Assembly: GCA_012295275.1 (NCBI GenBank)
Contig: CM022672.1
Span: 24,056,001 to 24,120,000 of the forward strand
Source: Chrysomallon squamiferum
Lineage: Eukaryota; Animalia; Mollusca
Direction of reading: 5' to 3'
DNA: 64,000 nucleotides
In this document: one piece after another, positions 1 to 15,493 of the stretch
How the letters are laid out: each line of letters opens with the position of its first letter
Numbering within the stretch: position 1 is the stretch's first letter
Program-made: the position numbers and the translations under genes
The notes under the pieces: generated by a model
Told to the model about the DNA's origin: nothing
What the model saw: only the letters and a program-made list of their open reading frames with translations
The model's database searches: none

Positions 1-138
1 ATTATTATTATTATATTATTATTGGTATTATTATCATTATTATTATTATTAAATTTATATTTGTATTATTATTACTGTTATTTGTATTAAATATGCAAGA
101 GTAAATGAAAACAAAACAGCCTTTTAAAACTGCACACT

Positions 139-144
139 TTTATT
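139..144 (-). terminator. Candidate polyadenylation signal (AATAAA) of gene 1, implying a ~2.75-kb 3'UTR
   Basis: AATAAA on the minus strand, followed downstream by GT/T-rich sequence (ggctgttttgttttcattt). Other AATAAA hexamers exist nearer the stop. Confidence 0.4.
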
Positions 145-2630
145 GATGCAGGATAGAATGGTGACAATTGAATACATGTATAAAACAACAACAAAGGAAC
201 AGATTTCAAAAAAAATTAAAACTTTGTATGATGATTGATATCAGTATTCCTCCCTGAAATGAAGTTTTATTTGATGTTGTAATGAAATAAGAGTATTTCT
301 GGTTACAAATTAAAATTGGTTATATAAATTTATTGCATAGGTGTCGGTTAGATAAACCAACTGCAATTATTGTCACATGAAATATTTAAACATACAACAA
401 AACTGATAGATTGATTACATGATTTTACGAACAAACAAATACAAAGAATACACACACAAAGATAAAATAAGTGGTGAAACATACAAAGATGACACAAATG
501 CAGAATACATCAAAAGCAGGTTTGTATTTTCTATTTAAAATAATAATAATAATACTGTTTTTAAATTTGTATTGTTTTATAATGCATTTGAAAAAGGACA
601 GTAAAATAGCAGAATGGTATGCTCACAAAAATAGTATCACAGAAAAGTTCCTTTTAATATTTTATCACATCAAAGCCTCACAAAATGGTGTTGGGGTAAA
701 GAAAGCTCCATGAGGTTTGTCAGTCTTTTGTAAACCATGTCCAAACACATAATAATAAAAAATTAAGAAAATAAATTTTACAAAGTTTAAAAACTGACTT
801 AACTCTAAATATATCAGTAAAGCTGGGATATTTATAAATGTGACATTATAATGATAACATTCTGAAAAGTCCATGATCCCACAATTTTAGTTTTATATTA
901 CACTGTTTAAACTGCAGCATTATTTTCTTAAATTTTTCATTTTCTTGTGCAATCAACTGCACATTGTTTATTGAGGTAGTATCACCAAAGTAAAATCAGT
1001 AAACTATCTTAAGAAAAAATGATAAAATGGAGTAAAAATGGTTCGTGAAAACAAAATAAGAAAGAAAAAAGTAGTAATGAAAAGAAAAGAGAATGAACAG
1101 CGTTTAAAGCCTTACCATACTATACTATTATTAAAATCATATCCTGTTCTTGGAAGACTTAAAAGATTTACATAATATAATTATAAGTATAATCAGGTAA
1201 TTTATGGGAAAACAAAGTTTGATGACTTATATACTGAATAGTTTTTTCCAAATAAAACATTGAATTTTCATGAGTAAACTTCAAAATAACATAACAGATT
1301 ATAGAACTTTTCTGCTTTTATAAGCAAACTATCAGTCTTAGAAAAAACAAACTGAATAAGTAATCACACCAAATTTGTTATCAATTGTTTTGTAAAACCT
1401 GCCTCAGACTTCTATTAATAGATTATATTTTAGCGCTTAAAAAAAATGCTTTACATACAAATGGACAAGTTTGAAATTAGCAATATTATATTAAATATAA
1501 AGTTATAACAAACATGTAAACATTTCAGTTAAGGTAAATATTTACAAACAGGGCTATAATACTGACATTTAAATACATAATATATTTCTAAAACTCTCTT
1601 TGGAAATGTATTTATCACAAGAATAATCCATTAAAAGGAAAACCTCACAGTTGTAAAAGATTTTTACTGAAATTTAAGCAAATTTCCATTAATTACCAAT
1701 AATAAATAAATAAAATCTTAAGCATATTAAAATAAAGATGAAATAGATAATTATATATATCTACCAAATATAATAAAAAGTGGAGTCAAATGAAATAAAA
1801 CCACAACTAGACAACAAAACTTTTAGATTATAGTTTTCCCCATTATTATGCTAGATACTTCACAGCACAAAAATAAACTGTTACATGCTGCATCAGATGA
1901 ATTTAATTTAAAGTTTGAAATTAGCTATATTCAAGTAGAGAACAAATTTTAGAAAATGATTTCAGTTGAAGAAAATTATTAAATGCAGTCCCCACTAATA
2001 AAATCATTTAAACTATATATATATTTTGATATTTGGTGTACTGAGAAATATTTATTTATATTGCAATGAACACGTGTATGAGTAAAATAGATTAAAAACT
2101 ATATCTACATATAAGTAAGTACAGTAAGATATTGCTAATAAACATCACACAGACAATTAAAATACCCCAAAGTGGTAAATGTATAAAGTCAAAAGAGAAA
2201 AAATTTGCATGTAGTATATATTCAAATGGATAACATAGGTTATATTCCAATTCCAAGCTGTAAAAATCAATATTAAAGTAATACAATTCAAGAGACTATG
2301 CTGAATTAAAAGTCAATTAGAGTAGTTGTTGAAAGTACAAACCACATAGTAAATTAAACTGTGTACATTTTCTGTAACCATTAACCTCTAAAATAGTAAA
2401 TAATGTAATTAATCCTTGAAACCATAGATAATAACTGAAAATTTGAACAACAAATCATAAAACCAACATTAAAGTTGCATTTTCTCAAAGTAAAATTAAT
2501 TCACAAGCAACTTGTGATATAGTGATTATGTGATATTTTTGTTTTGTTTTCTTTTCTTTTTTAAAAGCATTAAAATAATAATAATAATAATAATAATAAA
2601 ATAATAATAAAAATAATAATAATAATAAAA

Positions 2631-2663
<33 letters not shown>

Positions 2664-2888
2664 AATAATAATAATGATAATAATAATAACTAAAATAAAA
2701 ATCTTTTCTAAACAACATTCAGCAATGTAAATTATAAGATAAAAAAAAAATATATATCCTCTATTCTAATTTGATTGACATATGTCATCCACCATCACTA
2801 CCAAAATGCATGGAAACTTGGAAGACAGTGATTTAAAAAGATTTACCGTTCTTCCAAATATAATTGCATACAAGATCTAGTTTGTGGT

Positions 2889-4200
2889 TTAAACATCTTG
2901 ATCAGAAATGTTCTCTTCAGGATTATTAACTCTAGCTTCATTTGTTTCTTCTGCACTGATATCATTTTCTTTTTTAACATCTTCAATTGGAGATTCCTCC
3001 TCTACTTCAGTCTTTGATTGACAGCCTTCTGGATCTGACCTTTCACATATATTCTCATTCATCATTTCATTTCGGTCAGAAATAGTATCAGCAGATGTTC
3101 TGATAACATCAGTTTGTCCTAAAATACTATCAGACTCTTCAGCAGTAGCTTTGGCAGCATTCATTGGTCTCACATCTATTCTCTCTGTGTCAGTTGTTGA
3201 TTCACTGTCTTCTATCATTCCATGTCGTGACATATCTGGTAGTGTATCATGGGCTATCATTGAACGTTGGTTTTTACTAGCTGGAATGGTCTCTTTAAAC
3301 CTAGTGTCTGGAGAGGAATCTTCACACTCATCAGAAGCGAGTTCACCAGTCAGTGTGCGTTCTGTGTTGTAACCTGCAGCCGACACACCAGCTGAGCTAG
3401 GAATGTTTGATCGGAAAGTGGTGCCTTCAGCATCTGATTTAACTGTTCCCTCCCATTGGTTCTCTCATTGATGTCTGCTTGATCTGCAGGAATGTCAACA
3501 TTAACAAAGGTTTGATCTGACATCTCATTTCGTCTGTTAGCATTGCCTGTTGGGGCTACATGTGATACATGCATGGTAATACCACTATCATCTTCAACAG
3601 ATGAGCCACCAGCTACCTGCACAGATTTTGTGTCTTCCATCATTTCTCCAGTTTCTTCATATAGTGGTTCCATAACCAGCGAGTCATGTGACTTTACCTG
3701 AACGATTTCTGCATTAAGTTTCTTCATACTCTTCAGCTCTGGGGATGGTGGTGGTGGAGCAGGAGACTGATCATTTTTGCAATCATCCATAAGCTTTCTT
3801 GCCAAAGAGTCATGTCCTGAGTCAGCATTGCATGCATTTGGTTTGATCCTTGTGCTAGGAATCTCAACTGGCTGCTCTTGTCTTGATCCATGGTTGGTCT
3901 CAGCTGATGGCACAGATGCCTGCTCATAAGCAGCTTCATCTACTTGTGGCCAGGTATCAGGAGATACAGATTCTCCAAATATTTCAGCAGAAGCTATCAT
4001 AGCTGTAGCAGCAGCAGTTGCAGATGTGACTATAGCACAAGCAATATTAATATCACCAGGCTGAAGTTCTTTTTTAGGTTTTGGCTTGTTATGAACATCT
4101 TTGGCTTTTTTTGTCTTGTGTTTTGTCACTGGGTGCTCAACTGTGGAATTTTCTTTAACATTGGCATCAGGTTTTGTTACAATGACACTACTTACTGGTT
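2889..4200 (-). CDS. Gene 1 long terminal exon (acidic, disordered), split by a 1-nt frameshift near 3453
   Basis: TTGCAG acceptor at 4201; ORFs 3350..4129 and 2889..3386 overlap in different frames with similar composition; stop TAA at 2889-2891. Confidence 0.75.
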
Positions 4201-4917
4201 CTGCAATTAAAAATATACAGAATAAGTTAAAGATAAATTTTTGTATGATCTTAATAAATAATTCAAAAGGCCACTACAGACTGGAAAAAAAAAAAAAAAA
4301 AACAAAAAACAATTACAATATTAAAAATAAGAAAAATGTCTGAAATAAAATCATTATAATCAAAGTGAATAAAATGTATATGCAGATGGATAATCAATGG
4401 ATGAATAAATGTCTAATTAATGCATGATATGAATAGATGGAATGGATAGAAAAATGAATTTGAAGTGACATACCAATTAATGAATTATTTTGATGAATTA
4501 TATCTGACTACAAATGAAACAATATGTGGATCTTTGATTAGAGTAATTAAACAATATATTTCAGTATAAGAATGAAAACTATTATAGTTTTCTTTTCTCC
4601 TCTAAGGTATTAGAAAACTACTGCTACAAAAGCAGTATTATGCAGCAGGTATTATTTTAAGCTTTATTTACCTCCCTCACTAATTGAATTGTTTTGTTAC
4701 CTGTGGTTTCTTTAGTTGTTCCTGGAACATCATAATAAAGGCCTGTGATAAAATTATCTTTTTTAATATGTATTTTAGGTTTCTCAATTTGATCAACATA
4801 GACATCCATTCTCTCTGTTTCGTGATATGTTTTTTCTAAATTTATTTTGTCTAAAGATTCTGTAAATATAAAAGTAATATGAACGCTTTTAAACTTTTTT
4901 GAGCATGTGCTTAAGTG

Positions 4918-4963
<46 letters not shown>

Positions 4964-6038
4964 GTTTGTGATTTAGGAACAAACTAATGAATAAAAATAT
5001 TTATGATCTGGAATAACATAATTCTTAGAACAAATGATTTATTTGTTAAAATAATCAGATTCTTTAAATTTATGTGAATAAACTGAATAAATAAGAAATG
5101 GATTTGATATGGATAGACATGCATGCATATTCAAAATGTTTATAAAATGGAATGTGTTGATGTTTATAAATCAACAGATTATGGATATATGGACGTAAAT
5201 GTTTCCTTCTAAAAATTCAAGTGGCTGTGTCACCTATTTCATTCAAAATTGTTTTATGTTTTTCTGTCTCCACTGTGGGTGGTTCTGGTTCAAAAATACT
5301 CAAATCCAGGTAAGCTCTGAACTGTTCATCAGGTAAACTATTTCTTTTAAAATGTATTTTTGCTGGGGGACTGAGCTCTCTAAAACTATCTTTTCTATCT
5401 ATTGCCTGAATTGATGATTTCTTAGCAATTTCTTTTTCTGATTCCTCATTTGATGGTTTCTTAATAATTTCTTTTTCTGATTCCTCATTTGATGGTTTCT
5501 CAATAATTTCTTTTTCTGGCTCTGTAAACATAAAATATGTTAGTAGTTGTTGGAATTTCATAATTTGAAAATGTGTACTTTTCTTTCTTCCAAAAGCTGG
5601 TCATTTTTATTAATATTATTGCTGTTGTTTTCAAATATTAACATTAAAAATTGGCAGAATTACATGTTAGATCATAAGAAGATAAATACTGTTGAATATA
5701 TGCATGAAGTACCAACATATGTGTATGATGGATGAATTGATGAATGGATGGACAGATGGATGAATGGATGGATGGATGGATGGATGGATGGAGGCTGACT
5801 TGTAACAAATAGGTGACATAAATGAACAAATATATTCCATCATCTAAGGGTATGCATGTGTGTGTGCATATAGGTATGTTCATTCATACTCATTTCAGAC
5901 ATATTATCTGTCTTCTCTGGAACAAAAGTATTTTTCCGCAATTTCTGAATTTCCATTTCTAATTCCTCAATTACATTGTCTGCTGCAATAACATTCACAA
6001 AAAATTAAAAAAAGAAATAAAAGAAATGAAAATAAAAG

Positions 6039-6069
<31 letters not shown>

Positions 6070-6161
6070 AATGTATAAATTCTGAAATGTATAATAGTTC
6101 ATCAGATTTATTTTTCTATATAATATAGCCCTGTCCATGACTAAAAAAATAAAATAAAAAA

Positions 6162-6204
<43 letters not shown>

Positions 6205-9200
6205 GTAGTAGTAGCAGTAGTAGCAATAAAAAAAAAAAAAAAAAAAATTACAGTTTATAAAGCAGCAAACTTTCTTTCTGCATATCTATAAATGTAATAA
6301 GATATAACAATAAATCATCAAAGTGTATATTCAGATCCAGCTATTAATCAGTATGGGTCCATATTATCATCATTCTTAATATATGAATGTATTATTGCTT
6401 AACAACATTTCAGCTCATAGATGTATTTGAAAATATAAATATATATATTCATTTATTTATATTTTTATTTATTTTGTATTTATTTACTTATTTATATATT
6501 TATTTATTTATTCATTTTTTGTTTTGTTGTTGATCAAGAAAGATGTAAAAGAACACACTTATTTTAATTATTCCATGAGATACTCTATAATTTAAAAAAA
6601 AAAAATTGTTTTAGTAATCTATCTCATATCTTATTTCATTCAATCTGAAAATTATTCTTAAGTAATAATAGATGTTAACTAATGAGGAAAACAATTTAAA
6701 ATGTTTAATCTTTATTATAAATTAAAACAAGATAATGTATAACTGTTTTAACTTATACCTGAATATGAAAATGTTGCTTGATTAGTAGGTAATTTAATAA
6801 ACATAATATTAATATGGAAAGAAATGAAAAAAACAACAACATCAGCACCATCATCTATTATTATTTTATTTTGACTAGATGTATAATAAAAAAATTAAAA
6901 AATAGCCAACAAAAATTAGTTAAATATTGCAAATAAATCAGACAATGACAAAAATTATGAAACAGATAGCCAACATCTAAAATGACTTACAATAATTTAT
7001 GCTTTTAGCTGCGATACAACAAAAAATATTCACTTACCTATAATATCTGGAAATGGTGAACTGGCTGGTGACTGGTTAGGAGAATTTGCAGGTGCCTGGA
7101 ATCTTGGTACAGGAGACACAGATATCTCTCGTAGCTGTTTTGATGCCACTGGCGACAAAGGCACCTTGGGTGAATGTACTGAAGATCTTGAAGGCAAAGT
7201 TCCTCTTGTAGATTTTGTTCCTTTAGGCGACTGAAAACAAATGCATTAAATATAATAAACAAACTTGGTTTAAGGGGTTTTTGAAAACTGCATTCATCAA
7301 GTTTTGTGTGGGTGGAAGCAATTATTGAAAACAAACATAATAAACAGGTGGGATTTTCTTTTCAGACAGAACTGTTTTCTGAGGATATGTTTTTTTTTTA
7401 CCTTCCATTCTTAAAAATTTAAATTTGTATCATTATTATTATTGTTATTGTTATAATTATTATTATTATTATTATTATCATTATTATTATGGTTAGTTCT
7501 GTTCAAAAAAGAAATTATTTGTTTGGAAATGATACTTACTTTAGATTGAATATACTTTGGATCATAAACTACACCTCGAACATCTCTCTCCATTCTGGTG
7601 GAGGCTGATGTAATATTTGGTCTGATAGTAGTTCCATGGTCAGAGCCTTCATATATACTAGTATGACTAGAAGATGGTGTACTAGGAACAGGACCTAAGA
7701 AAAAAAAAATATTGATTTAAAAATCATTTCAACATGTAATGAGATCATGACAAGAGGAATGAATGAATGAATATTTGATAACATTTAATTTGTTTTTAAT
7801 TGATTGTTGACTACAACTGTCACTCCATGGTTTATAAATCTCAATTAGCAGGATTTTCTTATGTAATACTTTATATTAAGTAATATATGAAAATAGCCTA
7901 ATAAAGAAGGATTCTATGACCTATCATATTTCAGGCCAGCACACTAGCTAATGAGCTATAATCTGCTCCAAATCCAAGAAAGGAATTTCTGTCATTTGTG
8001 TTATATATTTCAAAAAAGCAAACAAACAAACCAAAACATTAACATATGTGTATTACTATAACAAATGAAGTTAGTGGTTGGGGAAAATCTTTATTCAGAG
8101 TAAGTGAGTACTGCTAATATGTTTATTATATACAAACATATGAATCTGCTACTAGAAAATATCTTTTTAATTGAAAGAAATAAAACCTTATACATATATA
8201 TCTGTATATTCCAGTTTTGAATAATACTTTAAATTTTGTTTATAATATTGCTTCACCTGTAAAATTAATTTGGCTTTCAAAAGATGTAATACATGATTCC
8301 ACACATTTCAGTGTGTTTCCTTACATTCATTATTAACTAGTTTGTACACTGAGATATAAAATAATGTTAAATAGGTCACTGGGGATGTCTTTCAGAACTA
8401 ATTTGCAGTCACTTAAATTCAGATTAGCAATATGACATACCAAGGGTATAATTTAGCTAAACACTTCTCATTTACATTTGAATATTTTCTTCTTTTATTT
8501 CATTTTGTCATGAACGTTTTTTACATTTCTTAAAAAGGTTTTCAGTTTATTTCATATTTGTTTTACAAACAGAATTTGAGATGTAAACACTGACCAATGC
8601 TAAGATCAAGAAACTGGCGGTTTCTGTATGTGAAGGGACGGACATGAGTAACTCCACTGGGCAGTTCTGGCAGGCCAAGTGAAACTGATGAAATTTTGTT
8701 ATGTTGTTGATAAGAAACCTTATCACCTTCAAGATCTAAATTAAAACAAAGACAAAAATTCTGTGTATAAAACATCACTTCTTCCCATTAACATAAACAC
8801 TATTAATTATATAAATATTAATTAATTAACAAATTAGCCTTACATTCAAACATTCAATCTTACATTCAAAAAAACAAAAAAAATAAAGAATAAATAAAAA
8901 ACTGATACCTCCTTGATTAAAAAACAGTTTCATTAAATTAAGAGATTTTTTCACATGAAAAAAACCTTGCTATGTTATGTGATGATTTAAGTATTACTGA
9001 ATTAAAAACTAGACACATTTAAGAAATCTGGGTGAATTTACTTTTATCTTTCACAATCAGTAATATTAATAACTTACAACCAGTGTTTCCTATGTCTGGC
9101 AAAGGTTTCTTATACTTTGAGAATGTTGATAAGGCATTTCTTGTTTCTATATCACTTTCTGAATCCTTTGTCTCCTTACTTTTGTACTTGCTCACATCTT

Positions 9201-12200
9201 TGACCGAACTCCTGTCCTCATCTCTGGGTGAGTCCTTGCCAATACCCCTGACATGGATTTCTGCAGAAGACTTGTCATCATCAAGTTGAAATACAGGCTT
9301 GATTATCACTGCAGGTTGGTGATGGTTCCGCTCTTTGCCATGCAGCAGTTTCACTTTTTGGTGTTCAATAAACACTGGATTGGCAGTGGAAGCCTTTATT
9401 TGAGCTTTGCGAGACTCCAGTGACTGTTTGACATTTTCAATTTCAGTCTGTATCTTCTTCTTTGAGGTAAAGTCACTGAAAAAAACATAAAAAAAACCAC
9501 CACCATTTTTTTATTTCTTTGTCATTTTTAGTAGATATGTATAGAGCTTGCACAGTTGAATTTGTATATCAGAATGAAGTTTCATCTAATTTTGTTACCT
9601 ATTTTTTTTTTATTATAGAATGTCTGCTAAAATATAAATATCTTTAAAGACTATTTACCTTTAATATATGAAAATGGTTGAGTTGTTCAGTGACTTGTCA
9701 AAAAATGTTCTTGGATATTTTTGGTACATAAATTAATAAATAACTAACAAAACATTTTTGTTTTCCATTATCCAAATACTTATACATGACAATAATTGAA
9801 CAAGAAATATTAAAATAAATAACATGTTCTAGATTTGTTACAAATGTAAAATACATTTATATAAATATTAAATATGTTGATACAGTCTGTAAAAAAATCT
9901 ATATTAACATCTAAAAAAGAAAAGAAATAACAGTTTGGAATATGTATGAGACTGACAAGAAGATACCATCTAACACAGAAACACATAGCACTGATTATAG
10001 TAAATTCAGAACTTTACATCACCACTAAGTCCTGTAACATCATTAATGACATATTGATTTTAACAGCTTGCTAATGAGCTATGTGTGGTGAGGATAGTTC
10101 ATCACTAACACTATAGAGGAGATATGCAGAGAGATGAGAAAATATTCTTAAAGGCATTCAGCTACTGAAAAAAGGATTACTGTCCTCATTATTTGATTTA
10201 TGATACATTTCATTAAATTTGTGACATTTTAATTTCACACTTCCCATTTTCTCCAAGGAATAATTGCTCAAAATATTCTATATTTTGTTTTGGAAAACTA
10301 TTCCACTGAGATTTTAACTTATGACATCAATATAAACCAAACACAATTAAATATACAACTGACAAGGATATATCATAAACATTAAATATTAAATGAGGTA
10401 TTGATACTGTAAATACATTATAATTTCATTTTCAGAAATATTTTCAAATAAATCAGTAAATGAACACAATAAAATATGATGTTTTTTTAATATTTAATTA
10501 TTGTTGCTACCTTTATTATTACTACTAAAATTATTATTACTTTTTAAAATAAACAATACATGCATAATCATAAAAAACTTTAATCTTATTTAAAAAAGAA
10601 ATTAAAAAAAAATAATTCCCCAGTTTTATATCATAAAATATAACACATGAAGGTATTCTACAAACAAGTCTCAATATAAACTGTCAAGTGGTAAACAAGT
10701 CATGCTCACTCCTAACACTATTATAAATTAGTCTGATTACAATAGTACTGCCTGCTAGAGAGGTTATTTTAACTGTCATGATTACCTGAAACTATTTGTT
10801 GACTGAACTCAACTGAATACCAATACATTTTAAGAAATGAGTATCTACAACTGCCAAAAATATATGTCTAGGTAGAATTCTGGAGAATGTGTGTTAATTA
10901 TGTTTTGAGCAATAAGCAATATTTTATATGTTCAGTTCTTAATATCATGGCTCAATGAGTAAAAGTACAAAAACAGTCAAATATTAAGTGTCAGTGTAAT
11001 TCATGTGGACAACTATTTTGTAGTATACACTGATTTTATATGATCTAAACTGAAAGGGACAGTATAAAATATACACATACACTTACATATATCTGTTACA
11101 TGTATTTGTCACTTGTCTTTGTCAGTTCAGAGCTTGTCTAACACATTGAATCAAGCACACATGCACGCACACACACATAACCAGAAGAAACCCATATAAA
11201 AATAAATTCATGCTATTTTCAATAGTTCTCTGTTAACAACGTGCATTTATGAACACAACACACAAAGCCAAGTAAATGAAATAAATGTATTCTTGATATA
11301 TTTACATTTAGATACACTAACATAATACCTTTCTTTGAGGCGATCTAAAACCTGCATTAGAATATCTCTTGGCAACTCCAACAAATCTCTCAATCTGCAG
11401 AATACAATTAAAACAATTATAAACAACAGGCACATTAGGTTTCACATGGGTGACTTACATAAAGTGTTGCTTTGTAAATTAAAGTAAATGTGCATTTCCC
11501 AATTACAACAAATGTAGTCTTTTGTTATGTTAAGCCTTTAAAATGATTTGAGTTTTATTAATGTTCATATTTTAATGGAGTTTTCTAATATTAAACTATT
11601 ATGCATATTTGTAAATGTAATTTTATGTTATATTTATCATACATGAACAGTTTAAAAGAATAAAATCACAGTTGTTATCTCATACAAATTGCTTGCTTTA
11701 ATATTATCTGAAAATAACAATTACAATGTTTTGCTTTTAAAAATGTGATTTTATTACTTTTATTTATTTATTTAATTTTTTTTTTTTTTCATTTCCTATG
11801 GTTGACAATAGATTATTTTTGTTTCAGTTTTGTTTTCATACAACAGACACTGCCCTCCTCAAAAATCATTTTTGTAAATAATAATATAAATGTATATAAG
11901 ATATATATTTATTCTTTTCTTTCATTTCAGTTTTTCATGATTATATATTTTTTTTTAATTACATCCAAAACAAACACACTTAAAATAAACTGTAACATAC
12001 CTACACCAATTATTATTACAGAATTAACTGATGTTCTGCATCCTAAGAGATCATTTTAACAGTACAAATTTGATATTATTTTATAATTAAAATGTTTTTG
12101 AAACACTAATTTGACTAATTCATATTTGCTTAATACTAATCTAAGGTTGCTGCTACAAAATAGGCTGTACACAAACAGTATCATCAAATATCATAGCGGA

Positions 12201-15200
12201 AGCAAAATAAAACTTCAAACACCAAAATAATGAACCATCTAATCATGATACATGAAGTATCTTTAAAAAACAAAACTATAATAAAAGCAAAATTCAATTT
12301 ACTAGTAAATAATTAAGATTATTTATTGATGGCCTTCATATCAGAAAAATAAAATGAAATAAAATAAAATAATTTAAAACATTTAAATAAGTGAACAATA
12401 TTTCAATGTTTATGTTAACTGAAGATTAATAATTATCTTAAGAAAATTATTTCAATAGGTGATAAATAAATGTAGTCACTTCATTAATCTGGCTTAGCAG
12501 AATTATTTCTCACGCTGACATTAGGAAGCTGTCACCCATTTATGATGTATTATAATAGATTATTAATAATTCATATTTATAGCTATTTCATTAATTATGT
12601 TTGTTTGTAAACAACACAATTCTAAATTTGTATACCTAGCAAATCTATACACTCAAATACCCAGATTTTCTGTGCACCCGTGCTTTGTTTTCCAACTGTG
12701 GAAAACTGTAAATTGAACTAAGGATGATAAAGCACTGTACCAACACAAGACAATTTACACAATTTACATAACTATGTTCATTCAAACAGCCTGACACATA
12801 TCGGTCACTCTTTCCTAATAAAAAGTATGATAATAATATTTGTGAGACTGCAATATTTTTCTTTCATTCACAACATTATTTCTATGAAGAAAAAAGCACA
12901 TTTCAAATAAATTAAAGATATATCAATCTTAGTATGGTTAATTCAGCTTCATCAAGGCTGTCTTACATATCTCAATACAACATAAAAGAAAATGAAAATA
13001 ACTGCTGCCTCTATGAACTCCTCAGATTTGTAATTTATTTTATTTTATTATTATATATACTGCTTTAACAAAAACAAAACACATAAATAAATTCATGTAT
13101 TTAAGATTTACAATTTATGAATGGAATCAAGTATAGCTTCTCAAAAATTCAACCATGTATAGACAGAAATATTAACAAACAAGAATGACATATGCACATA
13201 CAGCTAGGACAGACATAATTGTAAAATGAAACTATTACATAAATATTAGGTACAGAGAAAGTAACATACCCATCAGCATCAACTCTTGGTTTGTCATGTG
13301 CACTATAAAGTGAACTTTTCAGATGTGTTCTTGGCCTAGCAACATTTGAGCTGTGACTGCTAACTTTTTTCTAAAGTTAAAACATTTTTCAAAAATTAAT
13401 ATATATTTTTTTTTATAATAGTTAGTTAATAGACAGATATAACAGAAAGTCCAGAGAAATAAAAATGAGAACTTTCTTCTTTGTTTTTCATTTTTTCTTT
13501 TTAAGAAAGAAATGTATGTAAAAATGTTATATACAAGTGCCATCTTGTGCTAAGCAACAAAACTATAAATCGAAAATGAAACAGCCAATAAGAAGCAGTA
13601 TTTTATTAAACCTTAAGTTTAAATACAATAGCAAATAACTAAAATATAACATATCTAATTATTTTACAGACTTTATAAATTTTAAATATATTTCCAATTT
13701 AAATCAGTTTAAATGCAGATAAATGTCAGCTAATAAATATTTAAAAATAAAAGAAAAAACTAAAAACAGATCTAGAAAACATTTGCATTAAAAGATTTCA
13801 AAGAAAGTTCTGAAAAGTAGAAAACTAAATACACAAATGAAGAATATTAAAATTAAAACTAATATGATAAGAAAAGAAAAACATTATTTTTTTCTGTTAA
13901 AATTGACTAAACTTAATTTTATAATTTATTTAATCTTTCTTTTTTTTGGTGATAAATTTATACAGTTCTTTTTCTTTTCTTTTTTTGTCTTATATTTCTA
14001 TGTCAAAATCACTGGAATTTTTACAGTTCATATTAAGTTGTAATAAATTCATGAAAATCAGCTTTATATTTTAGATTAAAATCATTAATGCTTTATAATT
14101 ACAACTATTTAAGTTTTCAAATTTAGTTGTGATAAATTCATAGACAAATGAATACAAAAAACAATGTTTTGCATTAGTTAAGCAAAAGTAAATTAATAAA
14201 GTAGTTAAGATATTAAGATATTATATACACCCATACATATATATATATGTATATATTATACAGCACAATCGAACTGCCTGAAAAAAAGGCTGAGATTACA
14301 TTAATATTAGTTCACACTTAGTGATATCTGATTGTTAGCATTTTTGTTTGCCAGTTTGCATTGGAATATAGTACAAAAATACAAATATAATTATAAATAT
14401 CAAAGGAATATAATTAAAAACATAAATACAATACAGCAAAATATGACACCATAACTCCACTGTGATTATTTTGATGAAAATAAGTATTAAAATTTGAAAA
14501 CATAAGCATCTGGTAAGGCAGAAGTAATATTAAAATCCAATGTTTATAGAAACTTGCCAAAACTGTTCATTTATTGAATCTAATAAATTAATAATAAATA
14601 ACAATAACAGACTTTAAAATTAAATATAAGTTAAAGGTTATGAAAATATAAACAAAACATGATCTTATACTTAATGGAAATGTTAATTTTTTCAATATTA
14701 TTCTACAACACAATCAAATTTAATATTTATTGAAAAATTTAAGCACTGATTAAAACCTTTATATTTTATTTATTGAAAAATTAAAAAATTAAAAAGAAAA
14801 AAGAAAAAAAGAAAAATACAAAATTAAAATTTATAAAGTTTTGGCATATTCCAGTGTAAATACAAGAGATAGAAAAGCCTGAAGAAATAAAACATTTTCT
14901 CATCTAATTATTTATCCTGGCAGAGTTATCTACCTTTAATACAGGAAGCTCAGCAAACTGTAAAATAAACAAGCTACTTGTAACTATTAAAATTGTTTTA
15001 TTATTAAAGTTAAGTTATTAATAATGTTCATAAACATAAATACACACACATACACACATACAAAAACTGGATCAAAATAAATAATAACTATAAAATTGTG
15101 AAGAATAAAAAAATAATAATTAGATAATTAATTATTAACCATTCACAATTAAATATTTCTTTAATTAGTCATAAATTTTTGGTGTACATTTTTTTCCTCT

Positions 15201-15405
15201 CTCTATGTACATAATAGAATTTTAAAATTACATTCATTATTTGCAGCCCTTTTCCAAACCTAAAGTTAAAGATAATTAGTAAACAAAATCAATCAACATT
15301 AACAAAATTCTTTTCATTCTTTTGCATGAACTACTTCTCTGTATTTCAAATTAATAAAATATATATATATAAGAATTTCATAAATTACATTTACTTAGTA
15401 TTTAG

Positions 15406-15493
<88 letters not shown>

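Noticed and set aside
2485-2718. Poly-Tyr/Leu/Ile/Asn ORFs here and at e.g. 42895, 45323, 47130, 51031, 54923
   Set aside because: Translations of (ATT)n/(AAT)n microsatellites; no splice or homology support.
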